From Myxococcota bacterium (GTDB lineage Bacteria; Myxococcota_A; UBA9160; JAFDDA01), in assembly GCA_965228475.1 (NCBI GenBank), contig OZ245817.1:4288001-4352000 (forward strand): DNA of 64,000 bases. Direction: 5' to 3'. Under the pieces are notes generated by a model, which was not told the origin of the DNA, did no database searches, and saw only the letters and a list, made by a program, of their open reading frames with translations. Within the stretch, counting starts at the first letter, position 1, and every line of letters starts with the position of its first letter. Both the position numbers and the translations under genes were made by a program. Below are positions 10,730-24,812 of this stretch, piece by piece.

Positions 10730-11295
10730 GCGCCGCCGCCCTTCTCCGCCCGGCGCGCTTCGAGCCGGGCCATCTGCTCGGCCACGCGGGCGGCGTCGTT
10801 CACCATCTCGAAGACGCGGTAGCTCGGCTCGCCGAAGAGCACGAAGCGGATCTCCTCGAGGCCCGCGCCCTCGCCGGCCAGGTGCTTGCGCGCCTCCTCG
10901 ATCAGGATCTCGGCGCAGCGCTGCATCGGAAAGCCAGCGATCCCGGCGCCGATCGCCGGAACGGCGACCGTCTTGCAGCCTTTCTCTTCGGCCAGGGCCA
11001 GGCTCGCCTGCATGGCGCTCCGCACGCTCGCTTCGTCGGCCTGCCCGCCCGGCGGCATCGACGCGGCGTGGATGACGTACCGGGCCGGCAGATCGCCCGC
11101 GCCGGTCACCGCAGCGCCGCCGACCTCCACGGGCCCGTGGGCATCGCACTCGGCCTGAATGCTCGGGCCACCGCTCGCGGCGATCGCGCCGGCCACGCCC
11201 GAGCCGAGCACGAGCTGGCTGTTCGCCGCGTTCACCACCGCGCACACCTCCTGCGCGGTGATGTCGCCTTCGAGGAGAACGATCCGGCCGCTCAT
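10723..11295 (-). CDS. Macro-domain (ADP-ribose binding/hydrolase, MacroD/YmdB-like) protein
   Basis: GDIT, VVNAAN...GSGVAGAI, VIHA, PAIGAGIAGF motifs. Confidence 0.9.
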   Translation of the reverse strand: MSGRIVLLEGDITAQEVCAVVNAANSQLVLGSGVAGAIAASGGPSIQAECDAHGPVEVGGAAVTGAGDLPARYVIHAASMPPGGQADEASVRSAMQASLALAEEKGCKTVAVPAIGAGIAGFPMQRCAEILIEEARKHLAGEGAGLEEIRFVLFGEPSYRVFEMVNDAARVAEQMARLEARRAEKGGGAC

Positions 11296-11303
11296 GACTG
11301 GCC

Positions 11304-11897
11304 TCACCCGTCGGAGGGCGGGAAGAGTGCCTCGTCCACCAGCTCACAGAGGATGTGGCCGACGGTGATGTGGGATTCCTGGATGCGCTGGGTGTCGTCG
11401 GACGGCACCACGATGGCGACGTCGACGACCGGCGCGAGCTTCCCGCCGCCGCGGCCCACCAGGCCGATCGTGCGCAGCCCCCGCTCGCGGGCCTCCTGGA
11501 CGGCGGCCAGCACGTTCGGCGAGTTGCCCGAGGTCGAGATCGCGATGGCGACGTCGCCCTCGCGGCCGTGGGCCTGGACGAGCCGCGTGAAGATGTGATC
11601 GAAGCCGTAGTCGTTGCCGATCGCCGTGACGTCGGAGCTGTTGGCGGTGAGCGCGATGGCGGGCAGCGCGGGGCGCTCGCGCGCGAGCCGCCCGGTCAGC
11701 TCCCCGGCGATGTGCTGGGCATCGCTCGCCGACCCGCCGTTGCCGAAGAGCAGGATCTTCCCGCCGCCGCGCAGGCCCTCGACGCAGAGCTCCGCGGCTC
11801 CGGCGATCCCCTCGGCGGAGGCCTCGGCCATCTCGCGCTTCACCGCGGCACTTTGTTCGAAGATGGCGCGGACCCGATCGAGCGGGTTGGAAGTCAT
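11304..11897 (-). CDS. gmhA: Phosphoheptose isomerase (SIS domain)
   Basis: [36 protein letters not shown]. Confidence 0.93.
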   Translation of the reverse strand: MTSNPLDRVRAIFEQSAAVKREMAEASAEGIAGAAELCVEGLRGGGKILLFGNGGSASDAQHIAGELTGRLARERPALPAIALTANSSDVTAIGNDYGFDHIFTRLVQAHGREGDVAIAISTSGNSPNVLAAVQEARERGLRTIGLVGRGGGKLAPVVDVAIVVPSDDTQRIQESHITVGHILCELVDEALFPPSDG

Positions 11898-11981
11898 GGC
11901 GGCGGCTCCCGGCGTGCGGCCCCACGGGCCGCCGAAGAAGGAAAACCCGTTGAAAAACAGGAGGATTGGCGCCTAGGCCCG

Positions 11982-12010
11982 AGGGTAACGGGCACCCCAG
12001 GGGGCGTCAA
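11982..12010 (-). promoter_or_regulatory. Putative sigma70 promoter of gmhA-hem operon
   Basis: TTGACG-N17-TACCCT on minus strand. Confidence 0.55.
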
Positions 12011-12044
12011 CGTCCGCGCCCGGAGGCCCCGAGAGGATCCCGCC

Positions 12045-12073
12045 TTCGCACCCGCCGGGGCGCCTGCTAAGGT
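12045..12073 (+). promoter_or_regulatory. Putative sigma70 promoter of trxA
   Basis: TTCGCA-N17-TAAGGT with extended -10 TGn. Confidence 0.45.
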
Positions 12074-12148
12074 GAGCCGCCCCGCGGACCCCCGGTGACC
12101 CCGCCGACCCCGCGGCATCGAACCGCGCGACGCCCAAGGAGAGCTGCC

Positions 12149-12472
12149 ATGGCCGAAATCGTCGAAATCACCGATCAGAGCTTCGAGAGCGAGGTCCTGC
12201 AATCGGACGTGCCCGTCATCCTCGACTTCTGGGCCGAGTGGTGTGCCCCCTGCCGCGCGATCGCGCCGATCGTCAAGGAGCTGGCCGACCAGTACGGCGA
12301 CAAGGTGAAGATCGCCAAGATGAACATCGACGAGAACCCGAACTCGCCCGCCAAGTACCAGGTGCGCGCGATCCCGACCGTGCTCGCCTTCCAGGGCGGC
12401 GAGGTCGTCGAGATGCTCCAGGGCGCCCGCCCGAAGGGCGCCTTCGAAGAGATGATCCAGAAGCTGATCTGA
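12149..12472 (+). CDS. trxA: Thioredoxin
   Basis: DFWAEWCAPC active site, AIPT; SD AAGGAG upstream of ATG 12149. Confidence 0.95.
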   Translation: MAEIVEITDQSFESEVLQSDVPVILDFWAEWCAPCRAIAPIVKELADQYGDKVKIAKMNIDENPNSPAKYQVRAIPTVLAFQGGEVVEMLQGARPKGAFEEMIQKLI

Positions 12473-12504
12473 GCGCGTAGGATGGGAGCCCAAGGAGGCC
12501 CCCC

Positions 12505-13260
12505 ATGCCGCTTCGGATCTTCGCGCTCTCCCTGCTCCTGCTCGCCGTCCCGGCTGCCGCCTCGGACGGCCGAATCGAGATCAATCAGACCTGTGCACTC
12601 GCCGGAGGCTGCGTGCCCGGCGACGCCCCGGGCTTCCCGGTCACGATTCCGGGCGAGCAGAGCTACGTCCTGACCAGCAGTCTCGAGGTCACGGGCGGCG
12701 TTTCGGCGATCGCGAGCAACTCCCGCGGCATCACCCTCGATCTCAACGGCTTCACCATCGAGGGCGACTACACGTGCAACGTGAATCCACCCAACTGCAT
12801 CGTCCGCGGGAGTCCGATCATCGATCTGGCTGGCTGGCACGCGACGGTCCGGAACGGGAACGTCCGGAACTCGAGCGGCATCTTCGTGAACCTCGGCTTC
12901 TTCGGGCGGGCCGAGAACCTGAACGTCTATTTCGGCGGGAGCGACGGCATCGTCACGGGCGCCGGTAGCCTCGTCCTCGACAACCAGGTCGGCTCCGTCG
13001 CGGGAGACGCGATCCAGATGTCCTTCAACCCGGAAATCGCTGGCGACGGGCGGGTCGAAGGCAACCTCATCCGGAGCGTGCGCGGCGACGGCATCGATAT
13101 CAGCCAGGGCCTCGTCCTCCGCAACTATGTCTCTAGCGCCTTCCTGCAGGATGGTCGCTTCCAGGCGAGCTCCGCCGCATACGGCCTGAACCGCTTCGAC
13201 TCGGCGCCGTCCGGGGGCACGAGCCTGGGCAACAACCTGTGCGGTGGGGCGATCTGCTAG
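12505..13260 (+). CDS. Secreted right-handed parallel beta-helix protein
   Basis: Signal peptide, DGRIEINQTCA..GC.PGDAPGFPVTI N-motif, TLDLNGF, GI/N repeats, C-terminal GNNLCGGAIC. Confidence 0.75.
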   Translation: MPLRIFALSLLLLAVPAAASDGRIEINQTCALAGGCVPGDAPGFPVTIPGEQSYVLTSSLEVTGGVSAIASNSRGITLDLNGFTIEGDYTCNVNPPNCIVRGSPIIDLAGWHATVRNGNVRNSSGIFVNLGFFGRAENLNVYFGGSDGIVTGAGSLVLDNQVGSVAGDAIQMSFNPEIAGDGRVEGNLIRSVRGDGIDISQGLVLRNYVSSAFLQDGRFQASSAAYGLNRFDSAPSGGTSLGNNLCGGAIC

Positions 13261-13970
13261 GCCCGAACCCGCTTTCGGCGGAGCGCAGCGACACCCGCGG
13301 TCGCCAGCAGCAGCCAGGTTCCCGCCTCGGGGACCGCCACCATGTCGATGCCGAGGGCGGCGAAGAAGTCGCCGGACGGCACCGGGTCCACGCCGTTCTC
13401 CCAGTTGTTCGCCCAGACGCTGAAGGTCGAGTCGCTCACGCGGTTGGCCGACGTCGGGAAGCTCGTCTCGGGGAAGACCTGGAACGTCCCCTCCGCGACG
13501 GGCACGACGAGATCGTCCGGGTCGAAGAGCCGGTAGTCGAGCTCACCCTGGGCGCGGCCGTTCGGCGTGTCCTCGAGGAAGCTTCCGGCCAGGATCACGA
13601 GCTCGAAGACGTCGCCGATGGACGCGTTCGGCACGCTCGCGTGGATCACCGTGGCGCTCAGGGTGACGTCGGCGAGGAGCTCGGCCGTCTCGTCGCCAGC
13701 GTCCCAATCCGCGGTCAGCGTCCCTTCGATGCGGAAGAGCTTCGCCCCGTCGTTGCGGTACTGCGCGGGGGCGCCGCAGCAGTTCGACGTCGCGGCGTGC
13801 AGGAAGCTGAACTGGAAGAACGGCTCCGCGCCCTGGGTGACCTCGTAATCGATCGAGACGGCAGCCGCCGGACCGGAGAACAGGAACGCAGCCGCGGCGA
13901 CGAGCAGGAGACGGAACGTGCGGGTTCGCAGGAAGCGGAACGTGCGGGTTCCGCGCGGGAAGGCGTGCAT
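13257..13970 (-). CDS. PEP-CTERM sorting-domain protein
   Basis: Signal peptide; C-terminus VPEAG-TM helix-RRKR. Confidence 0.8.
   Translation of the reverse strand: MHAFPRGTRTFRFLRTRTFRLLLVAAAAFLFSGPAAAVSIDYEVTQGAEPFFQFSFLHAATSNCCGAPAQYRNDGAKLFRIEGTLTADWDAGDETAELLADVTLSATVIHASVPNASIGDVFELVILAGSFLEDTPNGRAQGELDYRLFDPDDLVVPVAEGTFQVFPETSFPTSANRVSDSTFSVWANNWENGVDPVPSGDFFAALGIDMVAVPEAGTWLLLATAGVAALRRKRVRA
13912..13951. repeat. 16-bp direct repeat with 24-bp period in signal-peptide coding region
   Basis: CGGAACGTGCGGGTTC at 13912-13927 and 13936-13951 (TRTFR twice in the protein). Confidence 0.8.
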
Positions 13971-14076
13971 CGTGAGACCCTCGTCCCACGGCCGCAGCGT
14001 CGATTCGTCACGGGAGTCGTGAACGCAAAGAGGGAAGCGGCCGCGAGTGCGGTCCCCTTCCCTTGCCCGGAGAAAA

Positions 14077-14092
14077 TGCAAAGCCCGTGCCC
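14077..14092 (-). promoter_or_regulatory. Putative sigma54 (-24/-12) promoter of PEP-CTERM gene
   Basis: GGGCAC-GGGCT-TTGCA matches TGGCAC-N5-TTGCW. Confidence 0.65.
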
Positions 14093-14226
14093 TCGCTCCC
14101 CGAACGGGCGAGGCGAGAGATTCCGCGCAGTTGCGCGGGAAGCGGCGAAGTCGCCCGCCGAGCGGGACGGAAGGTTTCTTCCCCGTTCCAGGAAAGCCGT
14201 TTCCTACGGGAGGAAACGCCCCCGGC

Positions 14227-14922
14227 CTAGCGGAGCGCCGGGTTCTCGAACACCCGGACGGGCCAGGCCCGCCGCACGGCCTCGCGGTAGAGGAACGGAT
14301 CCGGGTTCGTCACCACCGGGTGCGCGACGAGGTCGAGCAGCGGCAGGTCCGTGATCGAGTCCGTGTAGAAGTAGGACTTCGCGAGATCGATCCCGTGCTC
14401 CTCGATGAACTGCTGGAGCCAGTAGATCTTCCCCTCCTCGAAGCAGATGGGCTCGATCACCCGGCCGGTGAACTGCCCGCCCTCGACCTCGAGCTGGGTG
14501 TAAAGGAAGTACGGGATGCCGAGCCGCTCGGCGAGCGGCTGCACCACGAACTTGGTCGAGCCCGAGACGATCGCGACGACGTGCCCCGCATGCTGGTGCT
14601 GCCGGACGATCTCCACGGCTTCGGGATAGATCGTCTCGACCACGCGGTCTTCGAACCAGACGCGCGCCTCCGCCTCCATCTCCTTTTCGGACTGGCCGCG
14701 GAACTGGGCCATCATGTCCTTGGTCCAGTGGGCGATGTCGAGCATGCCGACCTTGTACTGCAGGTAGGCACCGAGACCCTTGGCGAGCTCCCAGTTCGAG
14801 AGCTCGCCCATCTCGTAGCGGTACTTCATGTACAGCGAGCCCGAGTTCTCGCAGATCAGCGTCTTGTCCATGTCGAAGAAGGCGCCGACCTGGGGCGCCC
14901 GGACCGGCAGGCTCTCGCTCAT
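14227..14922 (-). CDS. HAD-IB family hydrolase (SerB-like phosphatase)
   Basis: AFFDMDKTL, IVSGS, GK, YTDSITDLPLL, NPD motifs. Confidence 0.9.
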   Translation of the reverse strand: MSESLPVRAPQVGAFFDMDKTLICENSGSLYMKYRYEMGELSNWELAKGLGAYLQYKVGMLDIAHWTKDMMAQFRGQSEKEMEAEARVWFEDRVVETIYPEAVEIVRQHQHAGHVVAIVSGSTKFVVQPLAERLGIPYFLYTQLEVEGGQFTGRVIEPICFEEGKIYWLQQFIEEHGIDLAKSYFYTDSITDLPLLDLVAHPVVTNPDPFLYREAVRRAWPVRVFENPALR

Positions 14923-15030
14923 GGCCGGGATTCTACGCAGTTTCGGCCCGCTGCGCGCACCGTTGCCGGTCTCCAGGGCGCACCGTTGCCGGTCGTTCAG
15001 GCCCCCTCGCGGATGGTCGATGAAGAGGAC

Positions 15031-15375
15031 ATGCGCAGGCGTTTCTACAGCCTCACCCTGATGCTCGCCGTCGGCCTCGCCGGCCCGGGCTGCTTCGCCG
15101 TCGACGAGCTCGACGCCGGCCTCGCCTCGATGAAGGGCGCCGCGCCCGAGGAGGCCGCGGAGCCGGCCGTCGAGGAGAGCTCGGGCGGGGACGACGCCGC
15201 CGAGCGCGCCAAGGCGCTCCAGGCCAAGGCCAAGAACCTCTGGAAGAACGCGCGCACGCCCACCTCGAAGGAGGCCCCGGCCGACCCGGGCGCCGAGCTC
15301 GTCGGCTGCAAGATCGGCGGCAGCACCCGCTTCATGAGCCGCACGGACTGCCTGACCCAGGGCGGCTCGGTCTAG
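15031..15375 (+). CDS. Hypothetical lipoprotein
   Basis: MRRR-hydrophobic-GPGC lipobox-like; C-terminal C..GG..FM...DC...GG; codon bias. Confidence 0.65.
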   Translation: MRRRFYSLTLMLAVGLAGPGCFAVDELDAGLASMKGAAPEEAAEPAVEESSGGDDAAERAKALQAKAKNLWKNARTPTSKEAPADPGAELVGCKIGGSTRFMSRTDCLTQGGSV

Positions 15376-15396
15376 CGCGACCCCGCCCCGGCGGGC

Positions 15397-16506
15397 CTAG
15401 AACATGTACCGCCGCATCGAGATGTTCATCAGCAAGCCTAGGGTCGCGAGGTTCGCGAGCAGTGCGGACCCGCCGTAGGAGAAGAGCGGGAACGGCACGC
15501 CGATCACCGGAGCGAGGCCGAGCACCATCGCGACGTTGATGACCGCGGGCCAGAAGAGGAGCGCCACGCAGCCCACCGCCAGCAGCGCGCCGAAGTTGTC
15601 CTTCGAGTTGCGCGCGATCACGAGGCCCCAGAGCAGGAGCGCGGCGAAGAGCCCGAGAACGACGAAGCTCCCGAGCAGACCCCACTCCTCGGCCAGCACC
15701 GAAAAGACGAAGTCCGTGTGCTGGGTCGGGAGGAAGCGCAGCTGGGTCTGCGTGCCCTCCATGTAGCCCTTGCCGAACAGGCCACCGGAGCCGACGGCGA
15801 TGGTCGACTGGATCACCTGGTAGCCCGAGGAAAGTGGATCGCGCCCCGGGTCGATGAGGTCGAGGATGCGGCCCTTCTGGTAGTCGCGCAGGCCGTAGGT
15901 CCAGAGGCCCGCGAGGCCGACCATGCCGACGGCGGCGACGCCGAGCCACGCGCGCACCGGCACGCGGACGAAGGCCAGGAAGCTCGCCGCGACGAGCAGG
16001 GTCAGCAGCGCCACGCCCATGTCGCCCTGCAGGATGATCAGGCCGACCGGGATCGCCGTCAGCGCGGCGGGCTGCCAGAGCTCGCGCAGCATCTGGATCT
16101 GGCCCGGCGGGTTGCGCGCGAACCAGCGCGCGAGCACGAGGACGAGACCGATGCGCGCGAGCTCCGAGGGCTGGATGCGGAGCGGGCCGAAGACGAGCCA
16201 GCCCTGACTGCCGCGAATCACCGGCGCGAAGAAGAGCGTCGCGAGGAGCAGCAGGACGGTCACGATGTAGGCCGGCACCGCCAGCCGCTGCATGCGCCGG
16301 TAGTCGACGATCACGGCCACGATGAGCGCGGCGGTGCCGATCGCGAGGGCCGTGAGCTGCCGGCGCATCTCGGGCGGCATGCCGTCCTCGGCGGAGGCGT
16401 GGGTCGCCGAGGCGAGGTTTCCGAGGCCGGCACAGACGAGCAAGACCGTCAGGCCGAGCAGCAGCCAATCGAAGTGCTGGGCCGAGCGGCGGTCAATTCG
16501 CAGCAC
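15397..16506 (-). CDS. rodA: Rod shape-determining protein RodA (SEDS)
   Basis: IQPSE, GYQVIQS.IAVGSGG, FLP.QHTDF, P.FSYGGS. Confidence 0.96.
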   Translation of the reverse strand: MLRIDRRSAQHFDWLLLGLTVLLVCAGLGNLASATHASAEDGMPPEMRRQLTALAIGTAALIVAVIVDYRRMQRLAVPAYIVTVLLLLATLFFAPVIRGSQGWLVFGPLRIQPSELARIGLVLVLARWFARNPPGQIQMLRELWQPAALTAIPVGLIILQGDMGVALLTLLVAASFLAFVRVPVRAWLGVAAVGMVGLAGLWTYGLRDYQKGRILDLIDPGRDPLSSGYQVIQSTIAVGSGGLFGKGYMEGTQTQLRFLPTQHTDFVFSVLAEEWGLLGSFVVLGLFAALLLWGLVIARNSKDNFGALLAVGCVALLFWPAVINVAMVLGLAPVIGVPFPLFSYGGSALLANLATLGLLMNISMRRYMF

Positions 16507-18490
16507 GGTCTTCCTCCGCGGGCGCTTCGGCCGTTACGACGGCGGGCTCTTCCGGCACGACCTCCGGCTCTTCGGGAATCACTTCGGGGAGCGGCCCGCT
16601 CTCGGGCGTCTCCTCGGGCAGCACCTCTTCTTCTTCGCGCTGGAAGACGCCCTGCTTCTTGTCCCACCAGACCTGCAGGATGCGCCCGGCGATCGGCGCT
16701 GCCGCGGTGCCGCCGGAGCCGCCGTGTTCCACGAGCACCACGACGACGATCTCCGGGTCCCGCGCCGGCGCGAAGGCGGTGAACCAGGCGTGGTCCCGGT
16801 GGCTCTCGCGGATCTCGTCTTCGTCGAGGTCCTCGGTGTGGACGAGGCTCACGACCTGGGCCGTGCCCGTCTTCCCGCCGACCTCGAGGCCCTCCACGCG
16901 CGCCCCGCGGCCGGTCCCGCGCGGGGCCTCCACGACGTCGATCAGCGCATCGCGCACCCGGTTCAGGTGCTCGATCGCGATCGGCACCGCACCGCGCTCC
17001 TCGACGGGCGTCTCTTCGACGAGACCTCCGTCCCGGTCCGTGCGGTGCAGCAGGTAGCGCGGCTTCACCTGCCGCCCGCCGTTCACCAAGGCCGCCGTGG
17101 TCACCGCGAGCTGGAGCGGCGTCGAGAGGTTGTAGCCCTGGCCGATCGAAGCCGAGATCGTCTCGCCTTCGATCCACGGCTCGCCGCGGCGCGCGAGTTT
17201 CCAGGCGGTCGTCGGCACGAGCCCGGCCTTCTCCTGGGGCAGCCCGATGCCCGTGGTGCGGCCGAAGCCGAAGCCGCGCGCGAAGTAGGCCATGCGGTCG
17301 ATGCCGAGCTTGCGCCCGACCTCGTAGAAGAACACGTCGCAGGATTCGACGAGCGATTGGTGGAGGTCCACCCAGCCGTGCCCCGCGCGCTTCCAGCAGC
17401 GGTAGGTCCGGCGGCCGAGCTTCCAATGGCCCGGGCAGAAGACGCGGTAGTCGGCGGGGACGAGCTCCTCTTCGAGGGCCGCGGCGGCGACCATCGGCTT
17501 GTACGTCGAGCCGGGCGGGTACTGGCCCGAGAGCGCGCGGTCGTGCAGCGGCTGACGCCGGTCCTGGGAGAGCGCGCGCCAGGTCGCCGTGTCGATGCCA
17601 CCCACGAAGTCGTTCGGGTCGTAGCCCGGGCTCGAGGCGAGAACGAGCACGTCGCCGTTGCGCGGATCGATCGCCACCACCGAGCCCGCCGCGGGCCCCT
17701 CGCGGTCGGGGCGGACGAAGCCTTCTCGCGCAGCGCGCTGGAGGTCCCAGTCGAGCGTCAGGACGGCGTTGCCGCCGGGCTGGGGCTCGACTTCCTCGAG
17801 CACCTCGACCTCGCGCCCGGCCACGTCGATCACGACGTTGCGCCCGCCGGCGCGCCCGCGCAGGTGGCCTTCGAGCGACGCCTCGACCCCGGATTGGCCG
17901 ACGACCTCCCCCGCCCGGTAGTCCGCGAAGGCGCGCGTCTCGAGCTGGGCCTCGCGGACCTGGCCGAGCGTCCCGAGCAGGTGCGGGGCGAAGTCCCCTT
18001 CCACGTAGAGCCGGTGGGGACGGATGTCGGTGGTGACGCCGGGGAGTGCGTAGCGGTGGGACTCGACGCGGGCGAGCTCGTCGCGCCCGAGGTCGCCGAC
18101 CAGGTTCACGGGCTGGAAGCGCCGGCGGCCGCGCGGACGGCCGAGGCGTTCGCGCAGGGTCTCCTCCTCGGCCTCGACGAGCTCCGAGAGCACGGCCCAG
18201 GTCTTCTCCGGCCGCCGCACCTCCGCCGGGATCACCTGAAGCGAGAAGGCCGCGCGCGTGGTCGCGATCGCACGGCCTTCGCGGTCGACGATGTCGCCGC
18301 GCGGCGCCTCGAGCCGCACCGTGCGGATCCGGTTGCGCTCGGAGCGCAGCCGCAGCGCCTCGCCTTCGATCACCTGCAGCTGGAACAGGCGCAGGCCGAA
18401 GATCGCGAAGGCCGCGATCACCACGACGAAGATCCAGGCGACCCGCCGCTCGATGTGCGGCTCGAGGCCCGTGCCGAGGTTGCCCTGCAC
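16493..18490 (-). CDS. mrdA: Penicillin-binding protein 2
   Basis: APRG.I.DR, YPPGSTYK (SxxK), SCD (SxN variant), KTGT; acidic Pro/Glu tail. Confidence 0.96.
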   Translation of the reverse strand: MQGNLGTGLEPHIERRVAWIFVVVIAAFAIFGLRLFQLQVIEGEALRLRSERNRIRTVRLEAPRGDIVDREGRAIATTRAAFSLQVIPAEVRRPEKTWAVLSELVEAEEETLRERLGRPRGRRRFQPVNLVGDLGRDELARVESHRYALPGVTTDIRPHRLYVEGDFAPHLLGTLGQVREAQLETRAFADYRAGEVVGQSGVEASLEGHLRGRAGGRNVVIDVAGREVEVLEEVEPQPGGNAVLTLDWDLQRAAREGFVRPDREGPAAGSVVAIDPRNGDVLVLASSPGYDPNDFVGGIDTATWRALSQDRRQPLHDRALSGQYPPGSTYKPMVAAAALEEELVPADYRVFCPGHWKLGRRTYRCWKRAGHGWVDLHQSLVESCDVFFYEVGRKLGIDRMAYFARGFGFGRTTGIGLPQEKAGLVPTTAWKLARRGEPWIEGETISASIGQGYNLSTPLQLAVTTAALVNGGRQVKPRYLLHRTDRDGGLVEETPVEERGAVPIAIEHLNRVRDALIDVVEAPRGTGRGARVEGLEVGGKTGTAQVVSLVHTEDLDEDEIRESHRDHAWFTAFAPARDPEIVVVVLVEHGGSGGTAAAPIAGRILQVWWDKKQGVFQREEEEVLPEETPESGPLPEVIPEEPEVVPEEPAVVTAEAPAEEDRAAN

Positions 18491-18655
18491 CTAGTGTCCC
18501 GTCCCAGGAGTTCGCCTGCATTCGGCCGCCGCTGCGGGCCGCTGGCTGCGTTGCGCTCGCTCGCCGTGGCTGGCCATGGCTGCGCTCGCGCGCCTTGCCA
18601 GCGGCCCGCAGCGGCGCCCTCGGTACGACGGCGAACTCCTGGGATGGGACACTAG
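18491..18655. mobile_element. MITE with IS630-like ends inserted at CTAG
   Basis: 26-bp terminal IR (CTAGTGTCCCGTCCCAGGAGTTCGCC / GGCGAACTCCTGGGATGGGACACTAG, 1 mismatch), inner perfect 19-bp IR (18528-18546/18597-18615), CTAG at both ends, no transposase. Confidence 0.8.
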
Positions 18656-19176
18656 GCCTCCCGCCGCCGCGGCGCGAGCTCGACGGCGCGCCGGTCCTCT
18701 TCCGAGAGCATGCGGACGATGCCCGCCATGGCCGGAATCACGAGCGGCGCAAAGAGCGCGTCGAAGCCCGCCTGGCCGACCACGCGCCCGAAGGCGGGCC
18801 ACGGTGCGTCGATGCCGAACAGCCGCGAGAGCGCGACCGTCGCGAGCCCGTTCACGATGGAGAGCCCCGCCACCACGACGAGTACGGGCACGCCGCGGCG
18901 CAGGTCGAGCTGCGCGCCAGCGATGCGCGTGACGGCGAAGAAGAACAGGAAGAGCAGCGAGTGGTGCCCGAGGAGCGCGCCGGCCAGCACGTCGGTCAGG
19001 ACGCCGAAGGCCGCCACGAGCGCCAGGCCGAGCGCGCCCGGCAGCGAGAGACCGAGGCCGACCACGACGAGCAGCGCGAGGTCCGGCGTCATCGCCGCGG
19101 GCACCACGCCGGAAAGCACGCCCCGCAGGATCAACAGGAACGTGCCGAACGCAAGCAGCCCCAGGGCCGCCCTCAT
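18652..19176 (-). CDS. mreD: Rod shape-determining protein MreD
   Basis: Hydrophobic ORF with PDL.L and G.L.D motifs, between mreC and mrdA. Confidence 0.85.
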   Translation of the reverse strand: MRAALGLLAFGTFLLILRGVLSGVVPAAMTPDLALLVVVGLGLSLPGALGLALVAAFGVLTDVLAGALLGHHSLLFLFFFAVTRIAGAQLDLRRGVPVLVVVAGLSIVNGLATVALSRLFGIDAPWPAFGRVVGQAGFDALFAPLVIPAMAGIVRMLSEEDRRAVELAPRRREA

Positions 19177-19230
19177 CGACCGGACTCCCCGTGCGTCATC
19201 GCCGCGGCTCGCTTCGCGCGTCCATCCGCC

Positions 19231-20109
19231 TCACTCCGACATCGCGGCGATCGGATCGTCGTAGAGAAGCTCCATGGTCGGCGCGCGCCAGAGCATCACG
19301 AAGACCTGCTCGAGCCGGCCGAACTCGACCGACGGGCGCAGGATCGCCTTCTGCGTGAGGCCGTAGGGCGAGGAGACGATGTCGACGACCTCGCCGATGC
19401 GCAGACCCTTCGGGTAGACGCCGTCGAGGCCCGAGGAGATCACCTGGTCGCCCACGGCGACGTCGGCGCCGGAAACGACGAACTCGAACTCGAGCCGGTT
19501 CGTGCCGCGCCCCCGCACGATGCCGCGCGCGCGGCTCCGCTGGACGATGCCGTCGACCGCGCTCTGGCGATCGAGCAGCAGCATGGTGCGGCCGGCGTTC
19601 TCGGAGGTCGCCGTCACGAGGCCGACCACGCCGGCATCCGTGATGACCGGCATGCCCGAACGAACGCCGTGCGAGTGCCCGCGGTCGAGCAGCACCGAGC
19701 GGAACCAGGGCGAGACGTCCTGGCCGACCACCTCCATCGGCAGCATCGGCGTCTCGAACTCGTCGCGCATCTCCGCGATGCGCTGCAGGCGCTCGCTCGC
19801 GACGAGCGCCTCGCGGTACTGGAGGTTCTCTTCACGCAGCGCCGAGACCTGCGCGCGGAGCGCTTCGTTCTCGGCGGCGACGTCGACGAGATCGACGTAG
19901 CGGTTCCAGGTGTCGCGCACGAGATCGACGGGCGTCGCGATCATGCGCTGGATCGGGACGGTGACCTCGAGCACGAGCCCGCGGCCGAAGCCGAGCTCCG
20001 CCTCGCCGCGCTCGTTCGCGCGCCGGTCCGAGTGCATGCTGACGAGGGACAGCACGGCGATCAGGCCGAACAGGAGCGGCACCCGGAGCCTATGCAGGAA
20101 GTCGGGCAT
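19231..20109 (-). CDS. mreC: Rod shape-determining protein MreC
   Basis: N-terminal TM, coiled coil (ENE.LR), DRG..G, SG.DGVYPKG motifs. Confidence 0.95.
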   Translation of the reverse strand: MPDFLHRLRVPLLFGLIAVLSLVSMHSDRRANERGEAELGFGRGLVLEVTVPIQRMIATPVDLVRDTWNRYVDLVDVAAENEALRAQVSALREENLQYREALVASERLQRIAEMRDEFETPMLPMEVVGQDVSPWFRSVLLDRGHSHGVRSGMPVITDAGVVGLVTATSENAGRTMLLLDRQSAVDGIVQRSRARGIVRGRGTNRLEFEFVVSGADVAVGDQVISSGLDGVYPKGLRIGEVVDIVSSPYGLTQKAILRPSVEFGRLEQVFVMLWRAPTMELLYDDPIAAMSE

Positions 20110-20188
20110 GCGTCGTCATCCCTGCGGGGGGAGGGAACGCGGAGAGCCAACGGGCGGGGCCTGCGGCCTGAAAAACGCCCCAGAAACC

Positions 20189-24812
<4,624 letters not shown>

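Noticed and set aside
19177..19230. REP-like remnant (GCTCGCTTCGCGCG) between mreC and mreD
   Set aside because: Too short, with no second arm or clear copy in the window.
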